A DNA stretch of 64,000 bases from contig JBBDRZ010000003.1 in assembly GCA_040905185.1 (NCBI GenBank), forward strand, positions 137,339 through 201,338. Direction: 5' to 3'. This stretch comes from Chloroflexota bacterium (GTDB lineage: Bacteria > Chloroflexota > Limnocylindria > QHBO01). Shown here piece by piece: positions 30,593 through 41,066 of this stretch. The notes below the pieces were generated by a model. The model was given only the letters and a program-made list of their open reading frames with translations. It was not told the DNA's origin and did not search any database. Position 1 is the stretch's first letter; each line of letters starts with the position of its first letter. Both the position numbers and the translations under genes were made by a program.

Positions 30593-32178
30593 CGGACCTT
30601 CTCATCATGGGCGGGACGCTGGTGGACGGCAGCGGAGCGCCGGGTCGAGCCGGGTCGCTGGCCGTGGCAGACGGTCGCCTGCGCCTGCTGGATGCGGATG
30701 AGCCGCCACCGCCCGCCGGGCGGGTGATCGACGCCGCCGGTCTGGTGGTGGCGCCGGGGTTCATCGACCTTCATTCCCACTCCGGGCTGTGGCTGCTGCA
30801 CGAGCCGCTCCATGAGCCCAAGGTCCGCCAGGGCGTGACGACCGAGGTCATCGGCGTCGACGGCCTGTCGTACGCGCCCATGTCGAAGGCATCCGACCTG
30901 GCGGCCCTGGTCGAGATGAACGCGGGGCTCGACGGCCGGCCGAACGTGACGCTGGACTGGGACACCGTGGCCAGCTACCTCGGCCGATTCGACGGCCACG
31001 TGGCGGTCAACGTCGCGTTCCTGATCGGGAACTCCGCGCTCCGAATCTGCGCCGTGGGCTGGGACGACATCCCTGCCGATCACGTGGCCATGTCCGACAT
31101 GCGAGCCATGCTGCTCGAGGGGATGGCCGAGGGCGCGTACGGGGTCTCCAGCGGACTGGATTACCCGCCCGGGGCATACGCCACAATGGAGGAACTGGCG
31201 GATTTGACCGCGATCGCCGCCCACCACGGCGGCTTCTACCACACCCATGTCAGGTACGACCTGGGCGACCGATACCTGGACCCGTTCCGCGAGGCGCTGC
31301 AGATCGGCGAGATGGCCGATGGCCCGGTCCATCTCACCCACTTCTATCATCGGCAGACGTATCCGGGCGGGTTTGAACCGATGCTGGCGCTGGTCGACGA
31401 CGCGCGGGCCGCCGGCCGGGACGTGACGTTTGACACCTACCCGTACGAGTGGGCGTCCACGCGCCTGCTCATCCAACTCCCCCACTGGGTGCAGGCCGGC
31501 GGTCCGGGTCCCCTGAAAGAGCGGCTGGCCGACGCCGCGACGCGGCGGCGCCTGCACGACGAGATCCGACGCCACGGGCCGGCCCACGGTGCCCCCCTGG
31601 ACTGGGGCGACGTGCGGCTGGGGGCCTTCGCCGCGGAGGCCAACCAGCGCTGGGAGGGTCTCACGCTCGAGGAGGTCGGTCGCGAGCTCGGGGTCGACCC
31701 CGTCGACGCCCTGTGCGACCTGCTGCTGGCCGAGGACCTGCGCATCAACCAGGTCACGCCCGGGCCGTGGTCGGAAACGCTCCCCCATTTCGTGGCCCAC
31801 CCGGCGGGCATGGTCGGCACCGACTCGACCTTCATCGGTCTGAAGCCGTCACCCCGCACCTACGGCTCGTTCCCGCGCGTCCTGGGCCAGTTCGTCCGCG
31901 ACGAGCGGCGCCTGTCGTTGGAAGAGGCGGTGCGCAAGATGACCTCCGCTCCCGCGGCGCGGCTGAGGCTCCGCGACCGGGGCCTGCTGCGCGACGGCTA
32001 CGTCGCCGATCTGGTGGTCTTCGACCCGGCCCGCGTTCGTTCCAACGCCACGTACGACGAGCCGCGCAAGTTTCCCGACGGCATCGAGTACGTCGTGGTC
32101 AATGGCACCGTGGTTGTGGACGGCGGCCGCCATACCGGTGCCCTGCCGGGCCGCGCCCTGCGTAACGGGCGGGACTAG
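30589..32178 (+). CDS. Amidohydrolase, N-acyl-D-amino-acid deacylase (D-aminoacylase) family
   Basis: GFIDLHSHSG metal-binding motif and Amidohydro_3-type architecture. A GTG start overlaps the xdhC stop; the start is uncertain (alternative ATG at 30607). Confidence 0.75.
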   Translation: MTDLLIMGGTLVDGSGAPGRAGSLAVADGRLRLLDADEPPPPAGRVIDAAGLVVAPGFIDLHSHSGLWLLHEPLHEPKVRQGVTTEVIGVDGLSYAPMSKASDLAALVEMNAGLDGRPNVTLDWDTVASYLGRFDGHVAVNVAFLIGNSALRICAVGWDDIPADHVAMSDMRAMLLEGMAEGAYGVSSGLDYPPGAYATMEELADLTAIAAHHGGFYHTHVRYDLGDRYLDPFREALQIGEMADGPVHLTHFYHRQTYPGGFEPMLALVDDARAAGRDVTFDTYPYEWASTRLLIQLPHWVQAGGPGPLKERLADAATRRRLHDEIRRHGPAHGAPLDWGDVRLGAFAAEANQRWEGLTLEEVGRELGVDPVDALCDLLLAEDLRINQVTPGPWSETLPHFVAHPAGMVGTDSTFIGLKPSPRTYGSFPRVLGQFVRDERRLSLEEAVRKMTSAPAARLRLRDRGLLRDGYVADLVVFDPARVRSNATYDEPRKFPDGIEYVVVNGTVVVDGGRHTGALPGRALRNGRD

Positions 32179-32191
32179 ATACCATGCCGCC

Positions 32192-34477
32192 GTGAGCACG
32201 CCCACGCTGCCCGACACGCCGCTCCTGCTGGCACCCGGCACCATCGCCCCCGGGCGGGCCCGTCCGGCTCTCCCCCTGCGCCGCGAGGGGCCCGAGAAGC
32301 TGACCGGGCTGGCCAAGTACGCGGACGATCTGGTCTTCCCCGGGGCCTGGTATGGGTCCACGGTCCGCTCTACCGAGCCCCACGCGCGGCTTCTGGGGAT
32401 CGACCTCGACCCGGCATTCGACTGGTCCAAGGTGGTAGTCGTGACGGCGGCTGACATCCCCGGCGAGAACGTCGTGGCCCTGATCCAAGATGACCAGCCC
32501 GTGCTTGTCCCGGTCGGTGGCGAGATCCAGCACCAGGCCGAGCCGGTATGCCTGCTTGCCGCGCCGGACCGCGATCTGCTGCGCGTCGCGAAGCGTCACG
32601 CCACGCTCCGCACCGAGCGCCTGCCCGCGATCTTCGACCCGCTCCTCTCGACCCGCGAGTTCGCCCACTTCGAGCTGACCAAGGGCGACATCGAGGCTGG
32701 GCTGGCCGCCGCCGACATCGTGGTCGAGGGCGAGTACCGGGTCGGCCACCAGGAGCAGCTGTACATCGAGAACCAGGCGATGATCGCGGTCCCCCGCCCC
32801 GACGGCGGGATCGAGGTCCACGGCTCGATGCAGTGCCCGTATTACATCCACGCTGCACTGAAACGGGCCCTGAACCTGACCGATGCCCAGGCCGTGGTCA
32901 TCCAGGCCGAAACGGGCGGCGGTTTCGGCGGCAAGGAGGAATACCCCTCGATCATCGCCCTCCACGCCGCCCTGCTGGCCCAGCGGGTGGGGAAGCCGGT
33001 CCGGATGATGTACGACCGCCACGAGGACATCAGCGCCACCACCAAGCGCCACCCGGCGTGGGTGCGGCACCGGACCGGAGTGACGCGTGACGGGCAGCTG
33101 GTGGCCCAGGACATCGAGGTCGTCATGGACGGCGGCGCGTACGTGACCCTCACGCCGGTCGTGCTCAGCCGCGGCACGATCCATGCCGGCGGGCCGTACG
33201 AGTGCCCGAACGTCCGGATCCGCGGCCGCGCCATGGCCACCAACACGCCTCCCAACGGGGCGTTCCGCGGCTTCGGGGCGCCGCAGACCGAGTTCGCGGC
33301 CGAGACCCAGGTCAACCGGATCGCGGAGCGGCTGGACCTCTCGCCGCTCGCCCTGCGACGCAGGTGGGTGTACCGAGAGGGCGGCGTGACGCCCACCGGC
33401 CAGGTGCTGCGCGAGAGCGTGGCCGGTCTGGAGGTCCTGGAGGCGGCGGCCCAGGCCAGCGAGTACGAGGGGGTCGCGGCACACACCAAGAAGGCCCGCG
33501 CTCAGCGAGCAGAGGATGCGCACTCCGCCCGCGGCATCGGTATCGCCCTGGCCTGGCACGGAGCCGGCTTCACCGGCTCGGGCGAGGTGCATCTGGCCAG
33601 CGTGGCGTCGCTGGAGCTCACGGCGGACGGGAGGATCCGGATCCTGACCGCCTCGACCGAGATGGGCCAGGGCACCAAGACGATCTTCCCGCAGCTGGTG
33701 GCTGAGGCCCTGGAGATCAGCCCCGACGAGGTCGATATCGCGCCCCAGGACACCTCCATCGTCCCCGACTCCGGCCCCACCGTGGCGTCCCGGACGGCGA
33801 TGGTGGTCGGGGGCCTGCTGATCAAAGCCGCCCAGCGGATGCGGGCCCAGGTCGAGGAGGCTGGCGGTGGATCCTTTGCCGACACCTATCGGTCCTTCGC
33901 GGCTGAACACGGGAGCCTGCGAGTGGACGAGCAGTTCCAGCCCTACCCGGGGGTCACGTTCGACGACGCGACCTACACTGGGGACGCCTACCCCTGCTTT
34001 GGTTGGGCGTGCGCGGTGGCCGAGGTCGAGGTCGACCTTGACACGGGCGAGGTGACGGTGCGGGACGTGGTCAGCGCCGACGAGATCGGCCACGTCATCC
34101 ACCAGATCATGGCCGAAGGCCAGGTCGAGGGCGGGTCGCTGCAGGCGGTCGGTTACGCGACCATCGAGGAGCTGAAGCTGCTCGACGGCCGCTACCTCAA
34201 CGACCGGCTGGCGACGTATCTCATCCCCACCGCCATGGATGCGCCGCGCATCACGTCCATCCTGCTCGAGCATCCGTACAGCGGCGCGCCGCACGGGGCC
34301 AAGGGCGTGGGCGAGCTTCCCATGGACGTGGTGGCGCCCGCGGTGGTGGCCGCCATCCACGACGCGACCGGATCCTGGATCTGCGACCTGCCCGCCACTC
34401 CCGAGCGCGTGCTGGCGGCGTTGACGGGCTCGCCCGCCCCGGGGCCACCCGGCATCAGCGCGGAGCGCCCTGCATGA
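32192..34477 (+). CDS. Xanthine dehydrogenase / aldehyde oxidase molybdopterin-binding large subunit (PucD/CoxL-like)
   Basis: Ald_Xan_dh_C domains (GGGFGGK, IEVVMDGGAY) and a GTG start after the upstream stop. Confidence 0.9.
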   Translation: MSTPTLPDTPLLLAPGTIAPGRARPALPLRREGPEKLTGLAKYADDLVFPGAWYGSTVRSTEPHARLLGIDLDPAFDWSKVVVVTAADIPGENVVALIQDDQPVLVPVGGEIQHQAEPVCLLAAPDRDLLRVAKRHATLRTERLPAIFDPLLSTREFAHFELTKGDIEAGLAAADIVVEGEYRVGHQEQLYIENQAMIAVPRPDGGIEVHGSMQCPYYIHAALKRALNLTDAQAVVIQAETGGGFGGKEEYPSIIALHAALLAQRVGKPVRMMYDRHEDISATTKRHPAWVRHRTGVTRDGQLVAQDIEVVMDGGAYVTLTPVVLSRGTIHAGGPYECPNVRIRGRAMATNTPPNGAFRGFGAPQTEFAAETQVNRIAERLDLSPLALRRRWVYREGGVTPTGQVLRESVAGLEVLEAAAQASEYEGVAAHTKKARAQRAEDAHSARGIGIALAWHGAGFTGSGEVHLASVASLELTADGRIRILTASTEMGQGTKTIFPQLVAEALEISPDEVDIAPQDTSIVPDSGPTVASRTAMVVGGLLIKAAQRMRAQVEEAGGGSFADTYRSFAAEHGSLRVDEQFQPYPGVTFDDATYTGDAYPCFGWACAVAEVEVDLDTGEVTVRDVVSADEIGHVIHQIMAEGQVEGGSLQAVGYATIEELKLLDGRYLNDRLATYLIPTAMDAPRITSILLEHPYSGAPHGAKGVGELPMDVVAPAVVAAIHDATGSWICDLPATPERVLAALTGSPAPGPPGISAERPA

Positions 34478-34956
34478 CGTACCGGCTGACCGTGAACGGG
34501 ATCGCCACCCAGGTCGAGTCGCCGGGCATGCGGCGCCTGCTGGACGTGCTGCGCGAGGATCTGGGGCTGACCGGGACCAAAGAAGGCTGCGGCGAGGGCG
34601 AGTGCGGAGCCTGCTCGGTGCTCGTCGACGGCGCGGTCGTGGATTCCTGCCTGGTGCCGGTATGCCAGGTCGAGGGTGCGCGTATCGACACGGTGGAAGG
34701 CCTGGCCGCGGTCGGTGACCTGAACCTCCTGCAGGCCGCGTTCCTGGAGACCGGAGGCGCCCAGTGTGGGATCTGCACCCCGGGGATGCTGATGGCCGGA
34801 GAGGCGTTCCTGGCCAGCGGGATGGAGGCAACCGAGGAGGCAGTGCGTGAGGCGATCGCCGGTAACCTGTGCCGCTGCACTGGCTACACCAAGATCATCG
34901 ACGCCATCGTCCTGGCCGATGCCCGTCGGACGGGGACGGCGGAGGCCCAGGCCTGA
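34474..34956 (+). CDS. Xanthine dehydrogenase (2Fe-2S)-binding small subunit (PucE/CoxS-like)
   Basis: CGEGECGAC and CRCTGY iron-sulfur motifs. Confidence 0.9.
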   Translation: MTYRLTVNGIATQVESPGMRRLLDVLREDLGLTGTKEGCGEGECGACSVLVDGAVVDSCLVPVCQVEGARIDTVEGLAAVGDLNLLQAAFLETGGAQCGICTPGMLMAGEAFLASGMEATEEAVREAIAGNLCRCTGYTKIIDAIVLADARRTGTAEAQA

Positions 34957-34959
34957 CCG

Positions 34960-35820
34960 ATGCCGGTGGAGCCTCCGGTCGAGAGCCCCCGCTCGCTGGC
35001 TGACGCCTATCGCCTGCTGACCGATGGCGGAGCCGCCTGGCAGCCGGTGGCGGGAGGAACCGATCTGCTGGTCCAGATCGCGGGCGAACTCGCTCCCCCG
35101 CCAGATCGCGTGCTTGATATCTGGGGCCTCGACGAGCTGCGCGGGATCAACCTGGACGGCGACGAGCTGGTGATCGGTGCCCTGACGACCTACACCGAGC
35201 TGCGTCAATCGGCCCTGGTGGGTGAGCTGCTGCCGGCCCTGGCGGAGGCGTCGGCCACCATCGGGGCGGCCCAGATCCAGAACCGTGGCACCGTCGGCGG
35301 GAACCTGGTCAATGCCTCGCCTGCCGGCGACACGCTGCCCATCTGGCTGGCGACCGACTCGCTGGTCGAGCTCGGGAGTGCCGCCGGCGAACGTTCCGTG
35401 CCGGCGCTGGGCTTCTTCACCGGGTATCGAGAGACCGCCCGTCGCGACGACGAGTTGGTTCTGCGGGTTCGGGTGCCGCTGCTCCCCCGCCGCCACGTCC
35501 GGTTCCGGAAGGTGGGGACGCGGCGCGCGCAGGCGATCAGCAAGGTCGTGATGGCCGTGTCGTGGCTCACCGGCGAGGACGGAGCCTGGATCGACACCCG
35601 CGTCGCGCTGGGTTCCGTGGCGGCCACCCCGGTGCGGGCGCGGGCCACCGAAGCCGCCCTCAACGGCCAACACCCGGTGGGAGCCACCGCCGACGCCGCG
35701 GCAGCCGCCCTGGAGGCCGAGATCCATCCCATCGACGACGTCCGTTCCACGGCCGACTACCGGCGCCTGGTGGCTGGCCGCGTCCTGCGGCGCCTGATCC
35801 GCGAGGAGGGCGGCTGGTGA
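34960..35820 (+). CDS. Xanthine dehydrogenase FAD-binding subunit (PucC/CoxM-like)
   Basis: FAD_binding_5 (AGGTDLLV) and a CO-dehydrogenase flavoprotein C-domain. Confidence 0.9.
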   Translation: MPVEPPVESPRSLADAYRLLTDGGAAWQPVAGGTDLLVQIAGELAPPPDRVLDIWGLDELRGINLDGDELVIGALTTYTELRQSALVGELLPALAEASATIGAAQIQNRGTVGGNLVNASPAGDTLPIWLATDSLVELGSAAGERSVPALGFFTGYRETARRDDELVLRVRVPLLPRRHVRFRKVGTRRAQAISKVVMAVSWLTGEDGAWIDTRVALGSVAATPVRARATEAALNGQHPVGATADAAAAALEAEIHPIDDVRSTADYRRLVAGRVLRRLIREEGGW

Positions 35821-38567
35821 CCGACATTCCGCGCGGCGCCACCGTCACCCTGCTGTTCGTCGACATCGCGGGCTCCACCCGGCTGCTGGCCGAGCTCGGC
35901 GACGACTACGGGGCCGTGCTGCGCGACTATCGCCGGCTGATGAGCGCCGCCGCCGAAGTGGAGCGGGGTGCCCTGGTGGACACGGCCGGTGACGGGCTCT
36001 TCTTCTCGTTCCCCTCGGCGCGGGGTGCGGTGTCGGCCGCTCTCGCCGCCCAGCGATCGTTCCGCGACCACGCGTGGCCCGCCGGTGCCAACCTCGAGGC
36101 GCGGATCGGGATCCACACTGGGGAGCCGGTGAGCTCCGACGCCATGCTAGTCGGCCTCGACGTTCATCGGGCGTCGCGCATCTGCGCGGCCGGCCACGGC
36201 GGCCAGATCCTACTTTCGCTCACCACTCACGACCTGCTTCGCGGCGAGACATCGGGCGGCGCGCTCCTGCGCGACCTTGGGGAGCATCGGCTCAAGGACC
36301 TGCCCCATCCGGAGCGGGTCTTCCAGGCCAGCGCCACGGATCTTCCGTCCGAGTTTCCGCCGTTGCGCTCGCTCGACAACTGGCCGAACAACCTGCCACG
36401 TCAGCTGTCCAGCTTCGTCGGCCGCGCCGAATCCCTGGCCGAGGCCAGCCAACGGCTGACGACGACCCCTCTGCTCACGCTCACCGGCCCGGGTGGCGTC
36501 GGGAAGACCCGTCTGGCGCTGGAAGTGGCCGTGCGGGCGATGGACCTCTTCCCAGATGGCGCTTGGGTGATCGAGCTGGCCGCGCTGGGTGACAGATCGC
36601 TGGTTACGGAGACGGTGGCGGCGACGCTGCGCGTCAAGGAACAGCCGGGTGTTTCCATCCTGACCACCCTGACGCAGTACCTCGAGTCTCGCCGCCAGCT
36701 CCTCGTGTTCGACGACTGCGAGCACGTGCTGGAGCCCACCGCGGAGGTCATCGACGCGCTCCTCCGCACGTGCGGGAACCTCCGGGTGCTGGCCACGAGC
36801 CGCGAGGCGCTGGGCATCCCCGGCGAGAGCCAGTACCCAGTTCCCTCCATGGATCTGCCCCAGCAGAGCGACGCATCGGTCGCCGAGCTCGCCGAGTCGG
36901 AGGCGGTTCGCTTGTTCGTGGATCGTGCCGGGGCGGTCCAACCCGCGTTCGTTCTCAACCAACGGAATGCGGCGGCCGTGGTTCAGATCTGCCGGCGACT
37001 GGACGGCATTCCGCTCGCCATCGAACTGGCCGCGGCGCGCGTCAAGGCACTCCCGCCAGAGCAGATCGCCGCCCGACTGGATGACCGATTCCGGCTGCTC
37101 ACCGGCGGCAGCCGGATGGCGCTGCCCCGGCATCGGACGCTCAAGGCGGCCATGGATTGGAGCTTTGACCTGCTGACCGATGCAGAACGGGCCCTGCTCA
37201 TGCGTCTGTCGGTGTTCGCCGGCAGTTTCGGGTTGGACGCAGCCGAGGCCGTGTGCGCCAGCGACGTGGTGGAGCGCGCCGACGTGTTGGACCTTCTCAG
37301 CCGGCTGATCGACCGCTCGCTGGTGGCAGCCGAGGAAGGCGCGGCCGAGGCCCGGTATCGGCTTCTTGAGACCGTTCGCCAGTATGCCCAGGAGCGGCTC
37401 ATCGAGGATGACCCCACAGGGGCGGTCCGTGGTCGACACCAGGCCTTCATGCTCGAGCTCGTGGAGCGCATCGCACCGACCCTGTTCGCCGGACCGGCGT
37501 CCGGACCGTCCGTTGAGCAGCTGGGGATCGAGCACGAGAACCTGCGCGCGGCGCTCCAGTGGAGCGACGATGACCCAGATGGAGCCGGCGCCGAACTGCG
37601 CCTGGCGGGCAACCTGTGGCGCTACTGGGAGGTGGGCGGCCATCTCGTCGAGGGACGCACCTGGCTGGCCCGTGCGCTGGCCCGGACCGACGGCGAGGTC
37701 TCCGAGCTGCGAGCCAATGCCCTGACCGGACTGGGCGGACTCGCCGCCCAGCAGGGCGACCTGGCGGCGGCCGACGCCGCGCACGAGGAGGCCCTGGCCA
37801 CGCATCGGCTGCTCGGCAACCCCAGCAGCATCGCGTACGCCGCCAGCAATCTGGCCAACATCGCCACCGAACGGGGCGACTTCGCCCGGGCCCGGGATCT
37901 GTACGAAGAGTCCATCGGCATCGTCCGCGGCCTGCGCGACGACCGGGCCACGGCCATCGCGGTGATGAGCCTGGCCGACGTGCTCGGCGGCCAGGGTGAC
38001 CCCGACGAGGCGCGTCGCCTCTTCGACGAAGCGGTCGCCATCTTCCGGGATGTCGGCGACCGCATCGGCCTGGCCCTGGCCCTGGGCCGATACGCCACCT
38101 TCAGCCTCCAGGTCGGTGACACAGCCGAGGCGCGAGCGAGGCACGAGGAGGCGCTGGAGATCTACCGGCGCTTCGGTGATGGGCGGGGCGAGGCCCGGAC
38201 CTTGATGTTCCTCGGCGACATCGTCGCCGTCGAGGGCGACCTGGCGACCGCCGAGCGTTTGTACCGCAAGAGCATCGACCAGCGACGCGCCCTCGGCGAT
38301 CGGGCCGGGCTGGCGACCGCCTGCGACCGGTTGGCTCGGGTCACCGCCGTTTCGCAGCCCGAGTGGGCGGCGCGGCTCATGGGATTCGCCGACGCGCAGC
38401 GTGAGCTCATCGGTGCGTCGTTGCCGCCAGCGGATGCCTCGGAGCGAGATCAGGTTCTGGCTGCGCTGGAAGCGGAGTTGGGGCGCGGACCCCTTGCTGG
38501 CCTGCGAACGGCCGGCCGCCGTCTTCCGCTGGAGGTCCTCCTGACCGACACGGGTCGGATCGACTAG
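35817..38567 (+). CDS. Class III adenylate/guanylate cyclase domain fused to NB-ARC (STAND) ATPase and TPR repeats (~916 aa)
   Basis: Cyclase catalytic core (TLLFVDIAGST...DGLFFSF) at the N-terminus, Walker A GPGGVGKTRLA, and a C-terminal TPR array. A GTGA start overlaps the xdh FAD-subunit stop. No C-terminal LuxR HTH is detected. Confidence 0.85.
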   Translation: MTDIPRGATVTLLFVDIAGSTRLLAELGDDYGAVLRDYRRLMSAAAEVERGALVDTAGDGLFFSFPSARGAVSAALAAQRSFRDHAWPAGANLEARIGIHTGEPVSSDAMLVGLDVHRASRICAAGHGGQILLSLTTHDLLRGETSGGALLRDLGEHRLKDLPHPERVFQASATDLPSEFPPLRSLDNWPNNLPRQLSSFVGRAESLAEASQRLTTTPLLTLTGPGGVGKTRLALEVAVRAMDLFPDGAWVIELAALGDRSLVTETVAATLRVKEQPGVSILTTLTQYLESRRQLLVFDDCEHVLEPTAEVIDALLRTCGNLRVLATSREALGIPGESQYPVPSMDLPQQSDASVAELAESEAVRLFVDRAGAVQPAFVLNQRNAAAVVQICRRLDGIPLAIELAAARVKALPPEQIAARLDDRFRLLTGGSRMALPRHRTLKAAMDWSFDLLTDAERALLMRLSVFAGSFGLDAAEAVCASDVVERADVLDLLSRLIDRSLVAAEEGAAEARYRLLETVRQYAQERLIEDDPTGAVRGRHQAFMLELVERIAPTLFAGPASGPSVEQLGIEHENLRAALQWSDDDPDGAGAELRLAGNLWRYWEVGGHLVEGRTWLARALARTDGEVSELRANALTGLGGLAAQQGDLAAADAAHEEALATHRLLGNPSSIAYAASNLANIATERGDFARARDLYEESIGIVRGLRDDRATAIAVMSLADVLGGQGDPDEARRLFDEAVAIFRDVGDRIGLALALGRYATFSLQVGDTAEARARHEEALEIYRRFGDGRGEARTLMFLGDIVAVEGDLATAERLYRKSIDQRRALGDRAGLATACDRLARVTAVSQPEWAARLMGFADAQRELIGASLPPADASERDQVLAALEAELGRGPLAGLRTAGRRLPLEVLLTDTGRID

Positions 38568-38815
38568 GCTCCTTCCCGGACCTCCTGGATGCGGTCGGCC
38601 AGCAGGCCATGCGCCTCGCGGTGAACGTCCTCGGCCGCCTGAGCGCTGGGCGCCTCAACCAGGCAGAACACCTTGCCGGTCGCTTCGTCGTACCAATAGC
38701 GCAGGTAGGACACGCCGTACTTGGGGCCGACTTCAAGGTCACGCGCATGGGCTTGAGCGACGGCTTCCCCGGTCAGACCGGGAACGTGGTCGTGAGTGTC
38801 AAGATAGAGCGGCAT
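38564..38815 (-). CDS. DUF4242-like small protein (83 aa)
   Basis: MPLYLDTHDHVPGLT...KVFCLVEAPSAQAAEDVH resembles the DUF4242 (SCO4226-like) family. The ORF-track 5' extension was discarded. Confidence 0.55.
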   Translation of the reverse strand: MPLYLDTHDHVPGLTGEAVAQAHARDLEVGPKYGVSYLRYWYDEATGKVFCLVEAPSAQAAEDVHREAHGLLADRIQEVREGA

Positions 38816-38874
38816 GCTGGCGTTGCTCTCCCGGTCGACAGATCGCGTCCGTATGGTACGGCGCACTCCGGCGC

Positions 38875-39480
38875 GTGAATAGGCCGGCATCACAGGATGT
38901 GGCCGTCTTCGCCAGCCCGGCTGCGTTCCGGGAATGGCTGGAGGCCAACCACGCCACGGCCGATCATGTGTGGGTGGGCTACTACCGCAAGGGTGCAGGC
39001 AAGACCGCAATCACCTACCCGGAGTCCGTCGCAGAGGCCCTGTGTTTTGGGTGGATCGACGGGATCGGCTATCGAATCGACGACGAGGTCCACTCCAACC
39101 GGTTCACGCCGCGTCGCAAAGGCAGCAGTTGGAGCGCGAAGAACATCGCCGCGGTCGCCGAATTGACGAGGGCGGGCCGCATGCACCCCGCCGGCCTCAA
39201 GTCCTTTAGAGAGCGGGACCAAAGCAAGGACATGCCGTACATGCGGGATAACCCGCTCCGGCAGCAGCTCCCTCCCCGGCTCGAAGCCCGGATCAAGGCC
39301 GAGCCCGCGGCCTGGGCATACTGGCAGGCGCAGGCGCCCGGTTATCGTCGACAGGCAGCTTTCTGGGTCGCCTCAGCCAAGCAGGAAGCAACTCGCGAAC
39401 GCCGCCTGACGGCCCTGATCGAGGACTCCGCCGCCCAGCGCCCCATCAAGCCGCTGTCGTACGGGAGGAACAGGAGGTGA
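38875..39480 (+). CDS. YdeI/OmpD-associated family protein
   Basis: [21 protein letters not shown]-terminus typical of this family. GTG start. Confidence 0.65.
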   Translation: MNRPASQDVAVFASPAAFREWLEANHATADHVWVGYYRKGAGKTAITYPESVAEALCFGWIDGIGYRIDDEVHSNRFTPRRKGSSWSAKNIAAVAELTRAGRMHPAGLKSFRERDQSKDMPYMRDNPLRQQLPPRLEARIKAEPAAWAYWQAQAPGYRRQAAFWVASAKQEATRERRLTALIEDSAAQRPIKPLSYGRNRR

Positions 39481-41066
39481 GTGAGAGAGCGACACTCCCA
39501 GCCGGCATCGAGGTCATCGGTCCTTCAATCCCGCACACGGACGAGGTGTTGACGGCCGAGGCCTTGACCTTCGTTGCCAGCCTGCATCGGTCATTCAATG
39601 CCCGTCGCCTCCGGCTCCTGGCGGACCGATCCGAACGCCAGGCCCGGTTCGATGCCGGCGAGCTGCCGGACTTCCTGCCCACCACGGCCCATGTCCGCGA
39701 GGACCCCGACTGGCGGGTGGCGCCCGCTCCAGCCGACCTGAACGACCGCCGGGTGGAGATCACCGGCCCCGTCGAGCCGAAGATGATGATCAACGCGCTC
39801 AACAGCGGCGCGAAGGTTTTCATGGCCGACTTCGAGGACGCGCTGTCCCCCACCTGGGACAACGTCCTGACCGGCCAGTGGGCAGTGGCCGATGCTGTCC
39901 GTCGCCAGCTCACCTTCCAGAGCGCGGAGAAGGCGTACGCCCTGCACGAGCACGTGGCCACCCTCGTTATTCGGCCCCGCGGCTGGCATCTCGACGAGGC
40001 GCACGTCCTGGTCGACGGCTCCCCCATCTCGGCCAGCCTGTTCGACTTCGGGATGGTCTTCTTCCACAACGCGCGCGAGCAGCTCCACCGCGGCAGCGGG
40101 CCGTATTTCTACCTTCCCAAGCTCGAGTCCCACCTCGAGGCCCAGCTGTGGAACGACGTGTTCGTCGCGACCCAAACCGCCCTGGACGTCCCGCGCGGGA
40201 GCATTCGGGCCACGGTCCTGATCGAAACCATCCTGGCCGCGTTCGAGATGGAGGAGATCCTGTACGAGCTGCGCGAGCACGCCGCGGGGCTCAATGCCGG
40301 CCGCTGGGACTACATCTTCAGCCTGATCAAGAAGTTCCGGTCGCGGCCCGACATGGTGCTCCCCGATCGGGCCCAGGTGACCATGGCGGTGCCGTTCATG
40401 CGCGCCTATCAGCAGCTGCTGGTGCAGACCTGCCACCGGCGCGGGGCGCATGCCATCGGCGGCATGAGCGCGTTCATCCCCAACCGGCGTGAGCCGGAGG
40501 TGACCGCGAATGCGCTGGAGCAGGTGCGGGTCGACAAGCGTCGCGAGTCGGGCGACGGGTCGGACGGGACATGGGTCGCCCATCCGGATCTGGTCCCCGT
40601 GGCGCGCGAGATCTTTGATGAGGTCCTCGGTGAGCGGCCCAACCAGAAGGACAAGCTGCCGGAGGCCATCGTGACCGCGGCGGAGCTGCTGAACGTCGAG
40701 GTGGCGGGCGGGCGGGTGACCGAAGCGGGTTTCCGGACCAACGTCAGCGTCGCGCTCCAGTACCTCGCTTGGTGGCTGGCCGGCAACGGCGCGGCCGCCA
40801 TCAACAACCTGATGGAGGACGCGGCCACCGCCGAGATCAGCCGCTCACAGCTCTGGCAGTGGCGGGTTCACAAGGTCCCCCTGGAGGATGGTGAGCCGAT
40901 GACCGCCGAGCGCTACACCATCATCCGCGACGAAGAGCTCGGTCGGCTGCAGTCCGCCATGCCCGACTTCCGCTTTACCGATGCCGCCGAGCTGCTGGAC
41001 GATCTCGTCCTCTCCGACGACTTCACCGAGTTCCTGACCATCCCCGCCTATGACCGGCTTCGCTAG
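39477..41066 (+). CDS. aceB: Malate synthase A
   Basis: Full-length malate synthase A similarity ([28 protein letters not shown]). GTG start overlapping the upstream stop, with a GGAGG RBS. Confidence 0.9.
   Translation: MSERATLPAGIEVIGPSIPHTDEVLTAEALTFVASLHRSFNARRLRLLADRSERQARFDAGELPDFLPTTAHVREDPDWRVAPAPADLNDRRVEITGPVEPKMMINALNSGAKVFMADFEDALSPTWDNVLTGQWAVADAVRRQLTFQSAEKAYALHEHVATLVIRPRGWHLDEAHVLVDGSPISASLFDFGMVFFHNAREQLHRGSGPYFYLPKLESHLEAQLWNDVFVATQTALDVPRGSIRATVLIETILAAFEMEEILYELREHAAGLNAGRWDYIFSLIKKFRSRPDMVLPDRAQVTMAVPFMRAYQQLLVQTCHRRGAHAIGGMSAFIPNRREPEVTANALEQVRVDKRRESGDGSDGTWVAHPDLVPVAREIFDEVLGERPNQKDKLPEAIVTAAELLNVEVAGGRVTEAGFRTNVSVALQYLAWWLAGNGAAAINNLMEDAATAEISRSQLWQWRVHKVPLEDGEPMTAERYTIIRDEELGRLQSAMPDFRFTDAAELLDDLVLSDDFTEFLTIPAYDRLR

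Noticed and set aside
35817-38567. The cyclase-STAND-TPR protein as an antiphage Avs- or Pycsar-type defence gene.
   Set aside because: The domain order matches the regulatory AC-ATPase-TPR family of actinobacteria. The gene is translationally coupled to a housekeeping catabolic operon with no effector (TIR/TM/nuclease) partner nearby. I kept it as a signalling rather than a defence candidate.
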